From positions 27,629 through 91,628 of the forward strand of contig JBKGZP010000002.1 in the NCBI GenBank assembly GCA_046543335.1: a stretch of 64,000 nucleotides of DNA, given 5' to 3'. The DNA comes from Halobacteriales archaeon. GTDB taxonomy: Archaea > Halobacteriota > Halobacteria > Halobacteriales > SKSH01. Below the pieces are notes generated by a model that was given only the letters and a program-made list of their open reading frames with translations, was not told where the DNA came from and ran no database searches. A program made the translations under genes and the position numbers. Positions 53,476 to 62,151 of this stretch are shown here, one piece after another (the stretch's first letter is position 1; every line of letters begins with the position of its first letter).

Positions 53476-54282
53476 TCACCCGTTGGCCGCCCGCTCGCGC
53501 ACGACGCCCTCGCGGACGACGCGGTGGTTCGGCACCACGTACTCGACGTCGTCGTCCTCGACCCGGGTGGCGAACATGTCGATCTCCTGGACGACGCCCG
53601 TGGCATCGCCGATGGTGACCCGGTCGCCGATCGTGTACGGCTCGTGCAGGAACAGGTAAACGCCCGCGGCCCCCGACGCCAGGAGGTCGCGCAGGGCCAC
53701 GGTGCCGAGGAGGACCACTCCGATGGCGTAGACGGTGAGCAACACGATCAGCGCCAGCGTGTGCACCCCGACCTGGCCGAGGGCGATGAGCGCCGCGACG
53801 AAGATGATCGTGTACTTGACGACCGCCGGGATGACGAGCACCTCGGGGAGCTTGATGCCCTGCAGCCGCTCGGAGACGAGTATCTCGACCTTGTCGGCGA
53901 CGATGATGCCGAGGACGACGACCAGGATCGCGACGAAGAGGTGTGGCAACCAGGCGGTCGCGAGCGACCAGAAGACGTCGCCCTGGATCGCGCCGATCTG
54001 GAGGAACGCCGAGAGGACCGCCGCCACGTAGGTGAACGCCGCGACGAGGCGACCGATGACGTGCACGGTCGAGGTGCCCATACGCTGGAGCCACCGCTCC
54101 GTACCGGTCCCCTCGACGACGGCGTCCACCCCGAGGACCTGCAGGACCCGGACGGTGATCCGACCCAGCAGGTAGCCGACGACGATGCCGACGGCGAGCA
54201 CCAACGCCGCCCGCACGACCGGGTCATCGATGAAAGCGAAGCCCTCCCGGATCGACTCAATAGTCCTCTGGATCCAGCTCAA
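53476..54282 (-). CDS. mechanosensitive ion channel family protein (MscS-like)
   Basis: Several TM helices, then the beta-domain YTIGDRVTIGDATGVVQEIDMFATRVEDDD. The start is uncertain: the track start at 54282 is TTG and overlaps dacZ by 26 nt, and an alternative GTG lies at 54216. Confidence 0.75.
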   Translation of the reverse strand: MSWIQRTIESIREGFAFIDDPVVRAALVLAVGIVVGYLLGRITVRVLQVLGVDAVVEGTGTERWLQRMGTSTVHVIGRLVAAFTYVAAVLSAFLQIGAIQGDVFWSLATAWLPHLFVAILVVVLGIIVADKVEILVSERLQGIKLPEVLVIPAVVKYTIIFVAALIALGQVGVHTLALIVLLTVYAIGVVLLGTVALRDLLASGAAGVYLFLHEPYTIGDRVTIGDATGVVQEIDMFATRVEDDDVEYVVPNHRVVREGVVRERAANG

Positions 54283-55069
54283 GGATCAGCTCACCCCCCT
54301 TGAAGGCGCGCACGAGGCCGTCGCTTTCGGAGAGGGCAATCGCCACCGCGTTGGTGTCGCGGCTGATCGCCCCGGCGGCCATGTGGCGTGCACCGAGGCC
54401 CTTCGGGATGTCGATGCCCTCGGCCGAGGGCTCGAGGTAGCGGTACGCGCTGACGATCTTGCCCGAGTCGCTGATGACGAAGGCGCCGTCGAGGCGGGAG
54501 AACTCCTTCAGCATGACCTTCACGATGGGGTCGCCGACGTTGACGTGGGACTTCTCGAACGGATTGTAACTCAGCGGCCGGCTCTTGTTCATCACCTTGC
54601 CCGCGTCGCCGACGACGAACAGCGCGCCGACGGGCGCGCCCTTCTGGCCCTTCCGGCCGAGCTCGACGGCCAGCCCGAGGACGTCGCGAATCACCGCCGC
54701 CTCGGGTCGCGAGTTGACGAGCAGGTCGTAGACGCCGGAGTGGACGTCGGCACCGACGCGTACCCGCGCGACGGTGTCGATGTCCTCGTCGAAGACCGTG
54801 GCCGCACAGATGGCGATGTCACCCTCCTCGACGTATCCCGCCTCGAGGGACCCCTCGATGCCGAAGTCGACGCGGTCGTCGAGGTCCCCGAAGCTGATCG
54901 GCAACTCGACGAAATGGTCGGCGTCGACGGCGTTCTCCGGACCGAGGACGACGACGGTCACGTCCTCGACCTCCTCGAACCGGTCGTAGAAGGACGCGCT
55001 GGGGTCGAAAAGAAATACCGCGTCGACGTCATCGAAGAGGCGCGCGAACGGGTCCGACACTGAAGCCAT
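54257..55069 (-). CDS. dacZ: archaeal diadenylate cyclase (c-di-AMP synthase) DacZ
   Basis: DAC motifs LDGAFVISDSG (DGA) and GLGARHMAAGAIS (RHR-like). N-terminal domain of about 120 aa. Start at MASVSDPF, with CCCTTTTTATCG about 27 nt upstream. Confidence 0.8.
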   Translation of the reverse strand: MASVSDPFARLFDDVDAVFLFDPSASFYDRFEEVEDVTVVVLGPENAVDADHFVELPISFGDLDDRVDFGIEGSLEAGYVEEGDIAICAATVFDEDIDTVARVRVGADVHSGVYDLLVNSRPEAAVIRDVLGLAVELGRKGQKGAPVGALFVVGDAGKVMNKSRPLSYNPFEKSHVNVGDPIVKVMLKEFSRLDGAFVISDSGKIVSAYRYLEPSAEGIDIPKGLGARHMAAGAISRDTNAVAIALSESDGLVRAFKGGELILELDPEDY

Positions 55070-55090
55070 CGGTTCCACGTGTTGCTTGCG

Positions 55091-55102
55091 CGATAAAAAG
55101 GG
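55091..55102 (-). promoter_or_regulatory. TATA box for dacZ
   Basis: The minus strand reads CCCTTTTTATCG, centred about 27 nt upstream of the ATG at 55069. Confidence 0.45.
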
Positions 55103-55161
55103 TTCTGGGCCGTTTCCAGCGATGAGATTCGAACCTGTCACCTCGCGACCGCGGTCACGGC

Positions 55162-55171
55162 CATTTAATAC
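55162..55171 (+). promoter_or_regulatory. TATA box for GT2 gene
   Basis: CATTTAATAC centred about 26 nt upstream of the ATG at 55192. Confidence 0.45.
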
Positions 55172-55191
55172 CTCCCGGGACCGCCACCGGG

Positions 55192-56127
55192 ATGATGGTC
55201 GACCGGTCCGATGTCTGCGTGCTCCTGCCGACGCTCAACGAGGCCACCACGATCGGATCGGTCATCGAGGGCCTGCACGAGGCCGGCTACGACCGCATCC
55301 TCGTGATGGACGGGGGGTCAGAGGACGACACCCGCGAGATCGCCGAGGACCACGGCGCGGAGGTCCGCGTCCAGAGCGGCTCGGGCAAGGGCCAGGCCGT
55401 CATCGAGGCGGTCGCGGGGATCGACGAGCGCTACGTCCTCATGCTCGACGGGGACGGTACCTACCGACCGGCCGACGCCGACCGCGTCGTCGAACCGGTC
55501 GTCGAGGGCGACGCCGACCACGCGATCGGGAACCGGTTTCACGACATGGAGACCGGGGCGATGACCCGCCTCAACCGCTTCGGCAACCGGATGATCAACC
55601 GGCTGTTCCGGTTGATCAACCGGCGCGAGCTGCACGACATCTTGAGCGGGTACCGCGCCTTCTCCCGGGATTCCGTTCAGCAACTCGACCTATCCGCGGA
55701 GGGGTTCGGAATCGAGGCCGAGATGACCGGCTCGGCCATCCGGCACGGCCAGCGCATCGAGGAGGTCCCCATCGTCTACAAGCGCCGGCCCTCGGCGTCT
55801 GAGACCAAGTTGCACCCCGTCCGCGACGGTGCCGTCATCCTCACCACCCTCTACCTCATCGCCCGGATGAACAACCCGCTCATGTTCTTCGGCAGCATCG
55901 GCGTGCTCTCAGGGGCGTTCGGCGTCGGCCTCGGCCTCTACGTTGGCTACCGGTGGTACTTCGCGGGGGTCTCCCACAACGTCCTCGCCATCGTCTCGTC
56001 GTTCTTCATCCTCTTCGGCTTCCTGCTCGTGATGTTCGGCGTCCTCTCGGACATGATCGTGCGCCTGCACGAGGAGCAGCGCCAACGCATCGAGCACATC
56101 CGCGAGGCCGTCGACGAGCTCGAGTGA
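55192..56127 (+). CDS. GT2 glycosyltransferase, dolichyl-phosphate hexosyltransferase-like, with C-terminal TM pair
   Basis: VLLPTLNEATTI, MDGGSEDDT, LDGDGTY, SGYRAF, then 2 TM segments. Confidence 0.85.
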   Translation: MMVDRSDVCVLLPTLNEATTIGSVIEGLHEAGYDRILVMDGGSEDDTREIAEDHGAEVRVQSGSGKGQAVIEAVAGIDERYVLMLDGDGTYRPADADRVVEPVVEGDADHAIGNRFHDMETGAMTRLNRFGNRMINRLFRLINRRELHDILSGYRAFSRDSVQQLDLSAEGFGIEAEMTGSAIRHGQRIEEVPIVYKRRPSASETKLHPVRDGAVILTTLYLIARMNNPLMFFGSIGVLSGAFGVGLGLYVGYRWYFAGVSHNVLAIVSSFFILFGFLLVMFGVLSDMIVRLHEEQRQRIEHIREAVDELE

Positions 56128-56257
56128 CGACCGCGCACCCGAACGACGGCGCACGGACGTCCGACGACCGCTGGGCCGTCTCGCGTGGTCGCCCCGCCGT
56201 CGGGCGGGTCCACCCGAAATGCGTCGCACGTCCGTCGGACGGGCCGGCAACCGGCAG

Positions 56258-56683
56258 CTACGCCTCGACCACGTCGTGACGCCGCAGCTGGCACTGGCGA
56301 CCGCCTCGCGTGAACACCGCGAGGTCCGCCGGCGACCACGGCGGCACCGCGACGAACAGTCGCTCGGCCATGTCGTCCTCCGTGCGCGGTGCTAGCGGTC
56401 CCGTCGGGTGCGAGACGAACAGCCCCGGCGTCTGCCCCGGGGGGACGGCCACGTCGACGCCGAAGACGGCCTCGACGGAGCGACCCGCCTCGGGGTGGTA
56501 GAACTCGGCGAAGACGGGACCGTCCGGATCGAGGTCGGTCAGTCCGAGCTCGCTCGCGGGTCGGACGGCCAGACGTACCGTCACCGACCGCGGGTCCGCC
56601 TCGGTCGCGAACTCGAGCAGGACCGCCACCAGCCCGGTCGTGACGTGGACCGTCGGCGGATCCTCGCCGGTCGGTCGGGTCAT
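56258..56683 (-). CDS. hypothetical protein (weak MPN/JAB-like resemblance, catalytic residues not conserved)
   Basis: 141 aa from MTRPTGEDPP. GLFVSHPTGPLAPRTEDD resembles the HSHP...S..D region of MPN domains but lacks the first His. Its ATG overlaps the upstream stop (ATGA). Confidence 0.5.
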   Translation of the reverse strand: MTRPTGEDPPTVHVTTGLVAVLLEFATEADPRSVTVRLAVRPASELGLTDLDPDGPVFAEFYHPEAGRSVEAVFGVDVAVPPGQTPGLFVSHPTGPLAPRTEDDMAERLFVAVPPWSPADLAVFTRGGRQCQLRRHDVVEA

Positions 56684-57339
56684 GCCCGACGAATCCACCC
56701 GACGGCCGCGCGGGCCCACGCGCGTGGGAGTCGTCGTCGGGCCGTCTCGAGCGCGCGCTCGAACGCCCCTGTCGGCACCGGCTTGAGCGGGTGACCGTGG
56801 CCGACCAGCAGCCGGCGCGGGGCCACCCCGGCGAGCGGGGCGGTCGGTGGTCTGATCCGGCTCATCGGATGCACGCCGACGGGTTCGTCGCCCACCGTGT
56901 AGTACCACGCCGTCCCCACCGCCTCCGGGACGAGCAGGGTACGCGCCGCCGGTGCCCACAGGGCCGCCTCCTGTTGGAGGCGACCGTCGTAGAGGGTCCG
57001 TACCGACCAGTCGCTGCCCTCGAGATGCGGTTCGAGTGGCTGCGCTGGCGCCGGTAGCTTCGCGTCGACGCGCGCGAATCCCGTCGGTGCGAGCACCGGC
57101 GCGTCGTGGCGCTCGGCGACGGTGGCGGCGTCGCGCGTGTGGCGGTCCATCAGGACCACCACGCCGTCGACCGAGCCCACCGACGAGAGGAGGTCCTCGA
57201 GGCCGTCGAAGGCGACCGGCTCGACCACGAGCACCCCCTCGCCGACGGTAAGCACGTGACTCGCCCGATGGAGCGCCTCCTCCGGGTGGGCGATCCACGT
57301 CGCCCCGTCGTCCCAGCGGCGGATCGCGGGGTCGCTCAT
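56680..57339 (-). CDS. hypothetical protein (MBL-fold-like, non-canonical metal motif)
   Basis: 219 aa from MSDPAIRRWDDG. VVVLMDRHTRD sits where MBLs have HxHxDH, and the C-terminal region carries LLVGHGHP. The rest of track ORF 56680..58092 is spurious. Confidence 0.5.
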   Translation of the reverse strand: MSDPAIRRWDDGATWIAHPEEALHRASHVLTVGEGVLVVEPVAFDGLEDLLSSVGSVDGVVVLMDRHTRDAATVAERHDAPVLAPTGFARVDAKLPAPAQPLEPHLEGSDWSVRTLYDGRLQQEAALWAPAARTLLVPEAVGTAWYYTVGDEPVGVHPMSRIRPPTAPLAGVAPRRLLVGHGHPLKPVPTGAFERALETARRRLPRAWARAAVGWIRRA

Positions 57340-57414
57340 CGGTCCTGCAAGGGGCACGACACCCATCAACCCACCGACGCATCGCCTAAGACCCCACCGG
57401 TCGTCGGTCACCCC

Positions 57415-58116
57415 GTGATCCGCCGACTCGCGTGGCTGGCGGTCGAGGCCGGTCCGCCCACGCCGACGGTCGACTTCTACGAGCGTCTCGTCGGTCTCCC
57501 GCCGGACGGGACCACGGCGGTCGACCCGGCGCGGCTCGTCGCCAGCTACCGCCTCGGGGACGGCCGCCTCGAGCTGCGCTCGCCCGACGGGAATCCCCCG
57601 GTGGGACGACACACCCACTTCGCCATCGAGGTGGCCGCGAACCGGTACGACGGGCTGTACGGTCGCTTCGAGCGCCACGGCCCGGTCACCGAGCGGACCT
57701 TCGGCGGCAACCGGTCGGTCTACCTGCTCGACCCGGCCGGCCACGTCGTCGAGTTCGGCGAGCGACCCGAGCTCGACGGAGCGTTCGGTGACATCTTCGA
57801 GGTCGTCCTCGAGGTCGAGGACCGTGACCGCGCCTGCGACCGGTACCTCCGCCTCGGTCTCGAACCCGTGGACCAGGGGACCGATCGCCCCCGGGTGCGC
57901 CTCACCGGGGCGTTCGATCTCGAGCTCTGGGAGCCCCATCGGGGCATCGCGGGCGCGCGAGGTGGTTCGAACGTCGAGCTCGGCCTGGTGGTGGACGACC
58001 CCGAGGCGGCGGTCGCCGCAATCGCCGGGTCGTCGGCATCGCCCGACGCGCACGACGGCGGCGGGCTGGTTGTGACGGATCCCGACGGTCACCGGCTGGT
58101 GTTCCTCGAGACCTGA
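57415..58116 (+). CDS. two-domain VOC-family protein
   Basis: GTG start at VIRRLAWLAVEA, with HTHFAIEV...GHVVEF and ...VVTDPDGHRLVFLE. The upstream part of track ORF 57106..58116 is antisense to the previous gene. Confidence 0.65.
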   Translation: MIRRLAWLAVEAGPPTPTVDFYERLVGLPPDGTTAVDPARLVASYRLGDGRLELRSPDGNPPVGRHTHFAIEVAANRYDGLYGRFERHGPVTERTFGGNRSVYLLDPAGHVVEFGERPELDGAFGDIFEVVLEVEDRDRACDRYLRLGLEPVDQGTDRPRVRLTGAFDLELWEPHRGIAGARGGSNVELGLVVDDPEAAVAAIAGSSASPDAHDGGGLVVTDPDGHRLVFLET

Positions 58117-58125
58117 GGGATCTGA

Positions 58126-58428
58126 TTACCCGAGCCGGCTCGTGTCCACGCCGACGCCGGGGGGCGCGACGATCAGGAAGCCGCGGAAGTGGACGAGGTC
58201 GCCGCCCGTCTCGTGAATCTCGCGGGCGAAGCCGGCCGCGAGCTCGTTGAGGTCGCCCTCGATGGCGAGGACGAGCACGCGACCCGCATCGATCGCGGCC
58301 AGCCACTCCTCGTCCGGGGTCGACCCGTCGAGGACGCCGAGCTCAACGTCGCCGGCGTCGCCGTGGTCGCCGTCGGCCTCGTCGATGTGCTCCTCGATGG
58401 CTCGGAGGTCGAGCTCGAACTCGTCCAT
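58126..58428 (-). CDS. small acidic protein with SepF-like (DUF552-like) C-terminal pattern
   Basis: 100 aa from MDEFELDLRAIEE. GRVLVLAIEGDLNELAAGFAREIHETGGDLVHFRGFLIVAPPGVGVD parallels the SepF core (..vvvnl......a.ri.dfl.G..ya.gGdi.ri....fl..P..v.v). Confidence 0.5.
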   Translation of the reverse strand: MDEFELDLRAIEEHIDEADGDHGDAGDVELGVLDGSTPDEEWLAAIDAGRVLVLAIEGDLNELAAGFAREIHETGGDLVHFRGFLIVAPPGVGVDTSRLG

Positions 58429-58475
58429 GGGACCTCCCTCGCCCGGGGGCGCCAAAACCGCTCCGGCCGACTGGA

Positions 58476-58925
58476 TCAGGTCGCCTCGCGCGCTGCCCGC
58501 TCGCAGAGGTCCGCCCAGGCGTGGCGCTGCTTGAGGTGTATCTGGAGGACCTCGGCGTATTCGGTCACCATCGTGTCGGCCTCTCGGACGCGCTCCTCGC
58601 GCGAGTCCCGACCCGATCGGCCACCGACGCCGAGGCCACCGGTGATGCGCGAGAGGAACCCCCCGCCGTCGCCCGACGCGGGTGCGCCCGGGTAGCCGCT
58701 CGGGATCTCGTCGGCGGCCGCCACCGCCTCGGCCAGTCCCTCCGCGGCCGGGACGAGCCTGGCCGCCTCGGGATCTCGGGGGTTCTCGAGCTCGAAGCTG
58801 ACGACGGACATGATCAGGTCCCACTCGGCCGTGGAGAACGCCGACTCGTGGACCCGACCGACGAACTCCCGGTCGACGGCCATCCGGTGGCCGACCAGCC
58901 ACTCGTGCGGGATGGGCGTGGCCAT
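58476..58925 (-). CDS. conserved hypothetical protein
   Basis: Start chosen at MATPIPHEW (58925), which avoids overlap with osmC. No motif recognised. Confidence 0.6.
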   Translation of the reverse strand: MATPIPHEWLVGHRMAVDREFVGRVHESAFSTAEWDLIMSVVSFELENPRDPEAARLVPAAEGLAEAVAAADEIPSGYPGAPASGDGGGFLSRITGGLGVGGRSGRDSREERVREADTMVTEYAEVLQIHLKQRHAWADLCERAAREAT

Positions 58926-58926
58926 C

Positions 58927-59325
58927 TCAGGCGACGTCGGCACCGTTGACGGCGACGGCGGCCTTGAGTGGGTCGCGAAGCGTCGCGTGGACCTTGCAGA
59001 GGGACCGGGCGCCCGCGATGAGGCGATCGCGCTCGTCCGCGTCGAGGTCGGCCCCGAGCTCGATGTCGAACCGCGACGCCTCGAGCTTGCCGTCCTCGTC
59101 GAGGTCGCCCTCGACGTCGATCTCGACGCGCCCGAGCGAGCCGAGGTCCTCGCGCTCGGCCGTGACGCGAAGTGCCGGGATGAAGCAGGCCGCGTAGGCG
59201 GCGAGCAGCGACTCGATCGTGTCGGGTGCCGCCTCGCCGCGGGGATCGATGTCGACCGAGAACTCCCGGACGGTGCTGGTGCTGGCGAAGCCGCCGTCGG
59301 ACACGGTGGTGACGCTCGTTGGCAT
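58927..59325 (-). CDS. OsmC-family peroxiredoxin-like protein
   Basis: Two conserved Cys contexts, AACFIPAL and ARSLCKVH, at the family's typical size. GGCTTAGGGCC lies about 27 nt upstream. Confidence 0.85.
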   Translation of the reverse strand: MPTSVTTVSDGGFASTSTVREFSVDIDPRGEAAPDTIESLLAAYAACFIPALRVTAEREDLGSLGRVEIDVEGDLDEDGKLEASRFDIELGADLDADERDRLIAGARSLCKVHATLRDPLKAAVAVNGADVA

Positions 59326-59373
59326 CGGTCGACCGCTACGGTCGGGAGGCCCTAAGCCGTACCGCCTCGGTGG

Positions 59374-60102
59374 CTACACCAGCTCGGCGAGGTCGACCGT
59401 CTCGTCGCCCTGGAGCACGACGACCTCCGCGTCGGCGCCCGTGGCCTCGACCTCCCGGACGAATCGGTCGGTGTCGACCTCGATCGGCGGGAACGTGTCG
59501 TAGTGCATGGGGAAGACCACGTCCACGTCCAGCCAGTCGGTCGCGATGGCCGCCTGCATCGGCCCCATGGTGAAGTGGTCGCCGATGGGCACCGCGGCGG
59601 CGTCCGGCTCGAGAAACGGCGCGATCACGTCGCGCATCTCGCTCATCAAGGCGGTATCGCCGGCGTGGTAGAAGGTCAGGCTCTCCTCGTCCGAGACCTG
59701 TGTCGGCACCGTGTCGCTGACGACGAAACCACCCGGCATCCCCGCGTCCTGGTCGTACTCCATGTTGATGCCGTTCGTGTGGTACGCCTGGACCATCGTG
59801 ACGTAGGCGTCGCCGACCTCGACGGTCCCACCGATGTTCATCCCGATGGTCTCCCGGGGGGTGGCCTCCGCGTCGACGAAGCTGGCGATTTCCGGCGAGG
59901 CGACGACGACGGCCGCGTCGGCGAACGCCGCCACGTCGGCGATGTGGTCCGCGTGACCGTGGGTCAGCAACACGTAGTCGGGGTCGTCGACCTCGTCGGG
60001 GGTGAGCGACGTCTTCGGGTTGTCGAAGAACGGGTCGATCAGGAGGTCGGTGTCGCCGACCGATACGTACCATGTCGAGTGCCCGTGCCAGGTGAGTCGC
60101 AT
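59374..60102 (-). CDS. UPF0173 metal-dependent hydrolase (MBL fold)
   Basis: [13 protein letters not shown]...LLIDPFF...[21 protein letters not shown] lies about 27 nt upstream of the ATG at 60102 (track start 60117). Confidence 0.85.
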   Translation of the reverse strand: MRLTWHGHSTWYVSVGDTDLLIDPFFDNPKTSLTPDEVDDPDYVLLTHGHADHIADVAAFADAAVVVASPEIASFVDAEATPRETIGMNIGGTVEVGDAYVTMVQAYHTNGINMEYDQDAGMPGGFVVSDTVPTQVSDEESLTFYHAGDTALMSEMRDVIAPFLEPDAAAVPIGDHFTMGPMQAAIATDWLDVDVVFPMHYDTFPPIEVDTDRFVREVEATGADAEVVVLQGDETVDLAELV

Positions 60103-60192
60103 CGGTCCTCGGTACACCCGAGAGGGCCTTATAGCTGCATGGGGCGGTCGGATTCGACAGCCCCTTAGTTGCCGACCGGGTCACCAACGCAC

Positions 60193-62112
60193 ATGGGACG
60201 CTGCATCATCTGCGACGCCGAGGTCGAGGGCGCCGACATCTGCGCCTTCCACGAGGAGGACGTACTGTTCACCTTTCGCGGCGACTCCCCCCACGAGCTC
60301 GTCGAGGGTCGGTACTACCTGGGGGAGGTCGACGGCCTCGCCGACTTCGGCGTCTTCGTCGATCTCGGCAACGGCGTCACCGGGCTGTTGCATCGCAACC
60401 AGCTGGATCGCCGCCTCGAGTCCCTCGGGTGGGAACCCGGGGACGAGGTCTGCGTGCAGGTGACCACGGTCCACGAGGACGGCCAGGTGGACCTCGGACC
60501 CTCGATCCGGCAGTCACCCGAGGAGTTCCGCGGAGCGCTCGAGCAGGCCACCGGCGAGGGACCGGCGCCGGAGCCGGCGGGGCGAGACCGACCGAGCCAG
60601 CCGGATCAGTCGGTGGTCAGCCGGGACCTCGAGCGGGTCCAGATCCGGTCGCTCGATGGGTACTTCGGTCGCGAGGTCTTGCTCGAGGGGATCATCGAGG
60701 AGATCAGGCAGACGGGCGGGCCGACGGTCATCGCCCTCAAGGACGAGTCCGGAACGGTCGAGTGCGCGGCGTTCGCCGGTGCCGGCGTGCGGGCGTATCC
60801 CGACCTTGAGGTGGGCGACGTCGTCCGCATCCGTGGCTCCGTCGAGCGCCGCTTCGGCGACCTCCAGATCGAGGTCGAGAACGTCGAGCGACTCGTGGGC
60901 GAGGCCGACGACGAGGTGACCCAACGGGTCGCCGACGGCGAGTTGCTCCCACCGACGATCGACACCCTGTCGCTCCTGTACGACGACGCCGCCAACCTGG
61001 CCATCGAGCCGGACATCCGCGAGGCGGCCGCGGAGATCCGTCGGGCGATCGAGCTCGACCATCCGGTGCGCATCCGCCACCCCGTGACGGTCGACGGCTT
61101 CGTCGCCGGCGTGGCGCTCGAGCGGGCGGTGGAGGCGGTCGCGGCCGACCCGAGCCGACCCCGCGAGCGGTTCGGCGTGGTCGACCGGCGACCCGTGCGC
61201 GACCCGCCGTTCGGCCTCGACGCGGCCATCGACGACGTCCTCAAGGCCGACCCGGAGATGGACCGACCGCCGTTCGTCATCCTCGTCGGCCTCGGGAGCA
61301 CCGACGACGAGCGACCCGCGTACGACCTCCTCGAGACCTACGGCATCGACTACTACGTCATCGACACGGCCAGCCCGGACCCGACGGTGCTGGACCGGGT
61401 CGACCCGTTCGTCAACCCATGGTGCGGCGATGGGACGTTCCCCATCCCGCCGACGACCGCGGTGGCGGTGAACGTCGCGGGCCTCGTCGCCGAGGACGCC
61501 CGCGACGACCTCCACCACCTCCCCGCCGTGAGCGCTCGCGACCCGCCCGGGACCGCGCGCAGGCTGCTCGAGGAGAGCCCGTACGACCGCGACGACGTCC
61601 GGACCATGCGTCAGGCCGTCTCGCTCGAGGCCTACTACCAGCCGGGCCGGCCCAAGCGCGCGCTCATGCACGAGATCCTCTTCGAGCACCGAGCCGGCGC
61701 GGTGCAACCCTTCAGCGACCAGTTCCAGGAGAAGCTCGACCGGGCGGTCGAGACCGCCGTGCACAACGCCACGGTGCACCGCCTCGACGGCCACGCCGTG
61801 GCCGTCCTCGACGTGGACCGCTTCGGCAACCGCTTCGAGTTCCCGCCGGTGCCGGTGTTGCTCGAGGGTCTGCTCGAGGCGACGGGGCTCGAGGCCACCG
61901 TCGCCGTCGGCATCGGTGCCGACTTCGTGGAGGTCGTCGCCGAGGCGGACGTCGACCTGACCGCGCTCGCCGACGGACTCGCGGAGGCGGTGCCCGACGG
62001 GGCGCTCGCCGTCCGCGGCGGCCCCGACGGTCGGGTCCGCTTCCTCGCCGGCCGCCGTGACGACGTGAGCGCGGCCGCCGTCGACGCCGTGACGCGAGCG
62101 CTGCGGGCGTAG
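60193..62112 (+). CDS. archaeal RecJ-like (COG1107-type) protein: Zn-ribbon + S1 + OB + DHH/DHHA1-like domains with degenerate catalytic motifs
   Basis: MGRCIICDAEVEGADICAFHE (Zn ribbon). S1-like GRYYLGEVDGLADFGVFVDLG. OB-like VLLEGIIEEIRQTGGPTVIALKDESG. The DHH region reads IRHPVTVDGFVAG / ILVGLGS / YYVIDTASPDP, where DHH enzymes have HH.D.DG / D.G / DHH. Confidence 0.7.
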   Translation: MGRCIICDAEVEGADICAFHEEDVLFTFRGDSPHELVEGRYYLGEVDGLADFGVFVDLGNGVTGLLHRNQLDRRLESLGWEPGDEVCVQVTTVHEDGQVDLGPSIRQSPEEFRGALEQATGEGPAPEPAGRDRPSQPDQSVVSRDLERVQIRSLDGYFGREVLLEGIIEEIRQTGGPTVIALKDESGTVECAAFAGAGVRAYPDLEVGDVVRIRGSVERRFGDLQIEVENVERLVGEADDEVTQRVADGELLPPTIDTLSLLYDDAANLAIEPDIREAAAEIRRAIELDHPVRIRHPVTVDGFVAGVALERAVEAVAADPSRPRERFGVVDRRPVRDPPFGLDAAIDDVLKADPEMDRPPFVILVGLGSTDDERPAYDLLETYGIDYYVIDTASPDPTVLDRVDPFVNPWCGDGTFPIPPTTAVAVNVAGLVAEDARDDLHHLPAVSARDPPGTARRLLEESPYDRDDVRTMRQAVSLEAYYQPGRPKRALMHEILFEHRAGAVQPFSDQFQEKLDRAVETAVHNATVHRLDGHAVAVLDVDRFGNRFEFPPVPVLLEGLLEATGLEATVAVGIGADFVEVVAEADVDLTALADGLAEAVPDGALAVRGGPDGRVRFLAGRRDDVSAAAVDAVTRALRA

Positions 62113-62151
62113 GCGACACGCTTTTCGGTCGGTCGACCATGGACCGGACTA

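Noticed and set aside
55125-55135. GAGATTCGAACC, the reverse complement of a tRNA T-loop-like GGTTCGAATCTC, in the dacZ/GT2 divergent promoter region
   Set aside because: The flanks do not form a T-stem, acceptor or anticodon arm on either strand. It is probably chance or at most a very old tRNA scrap.
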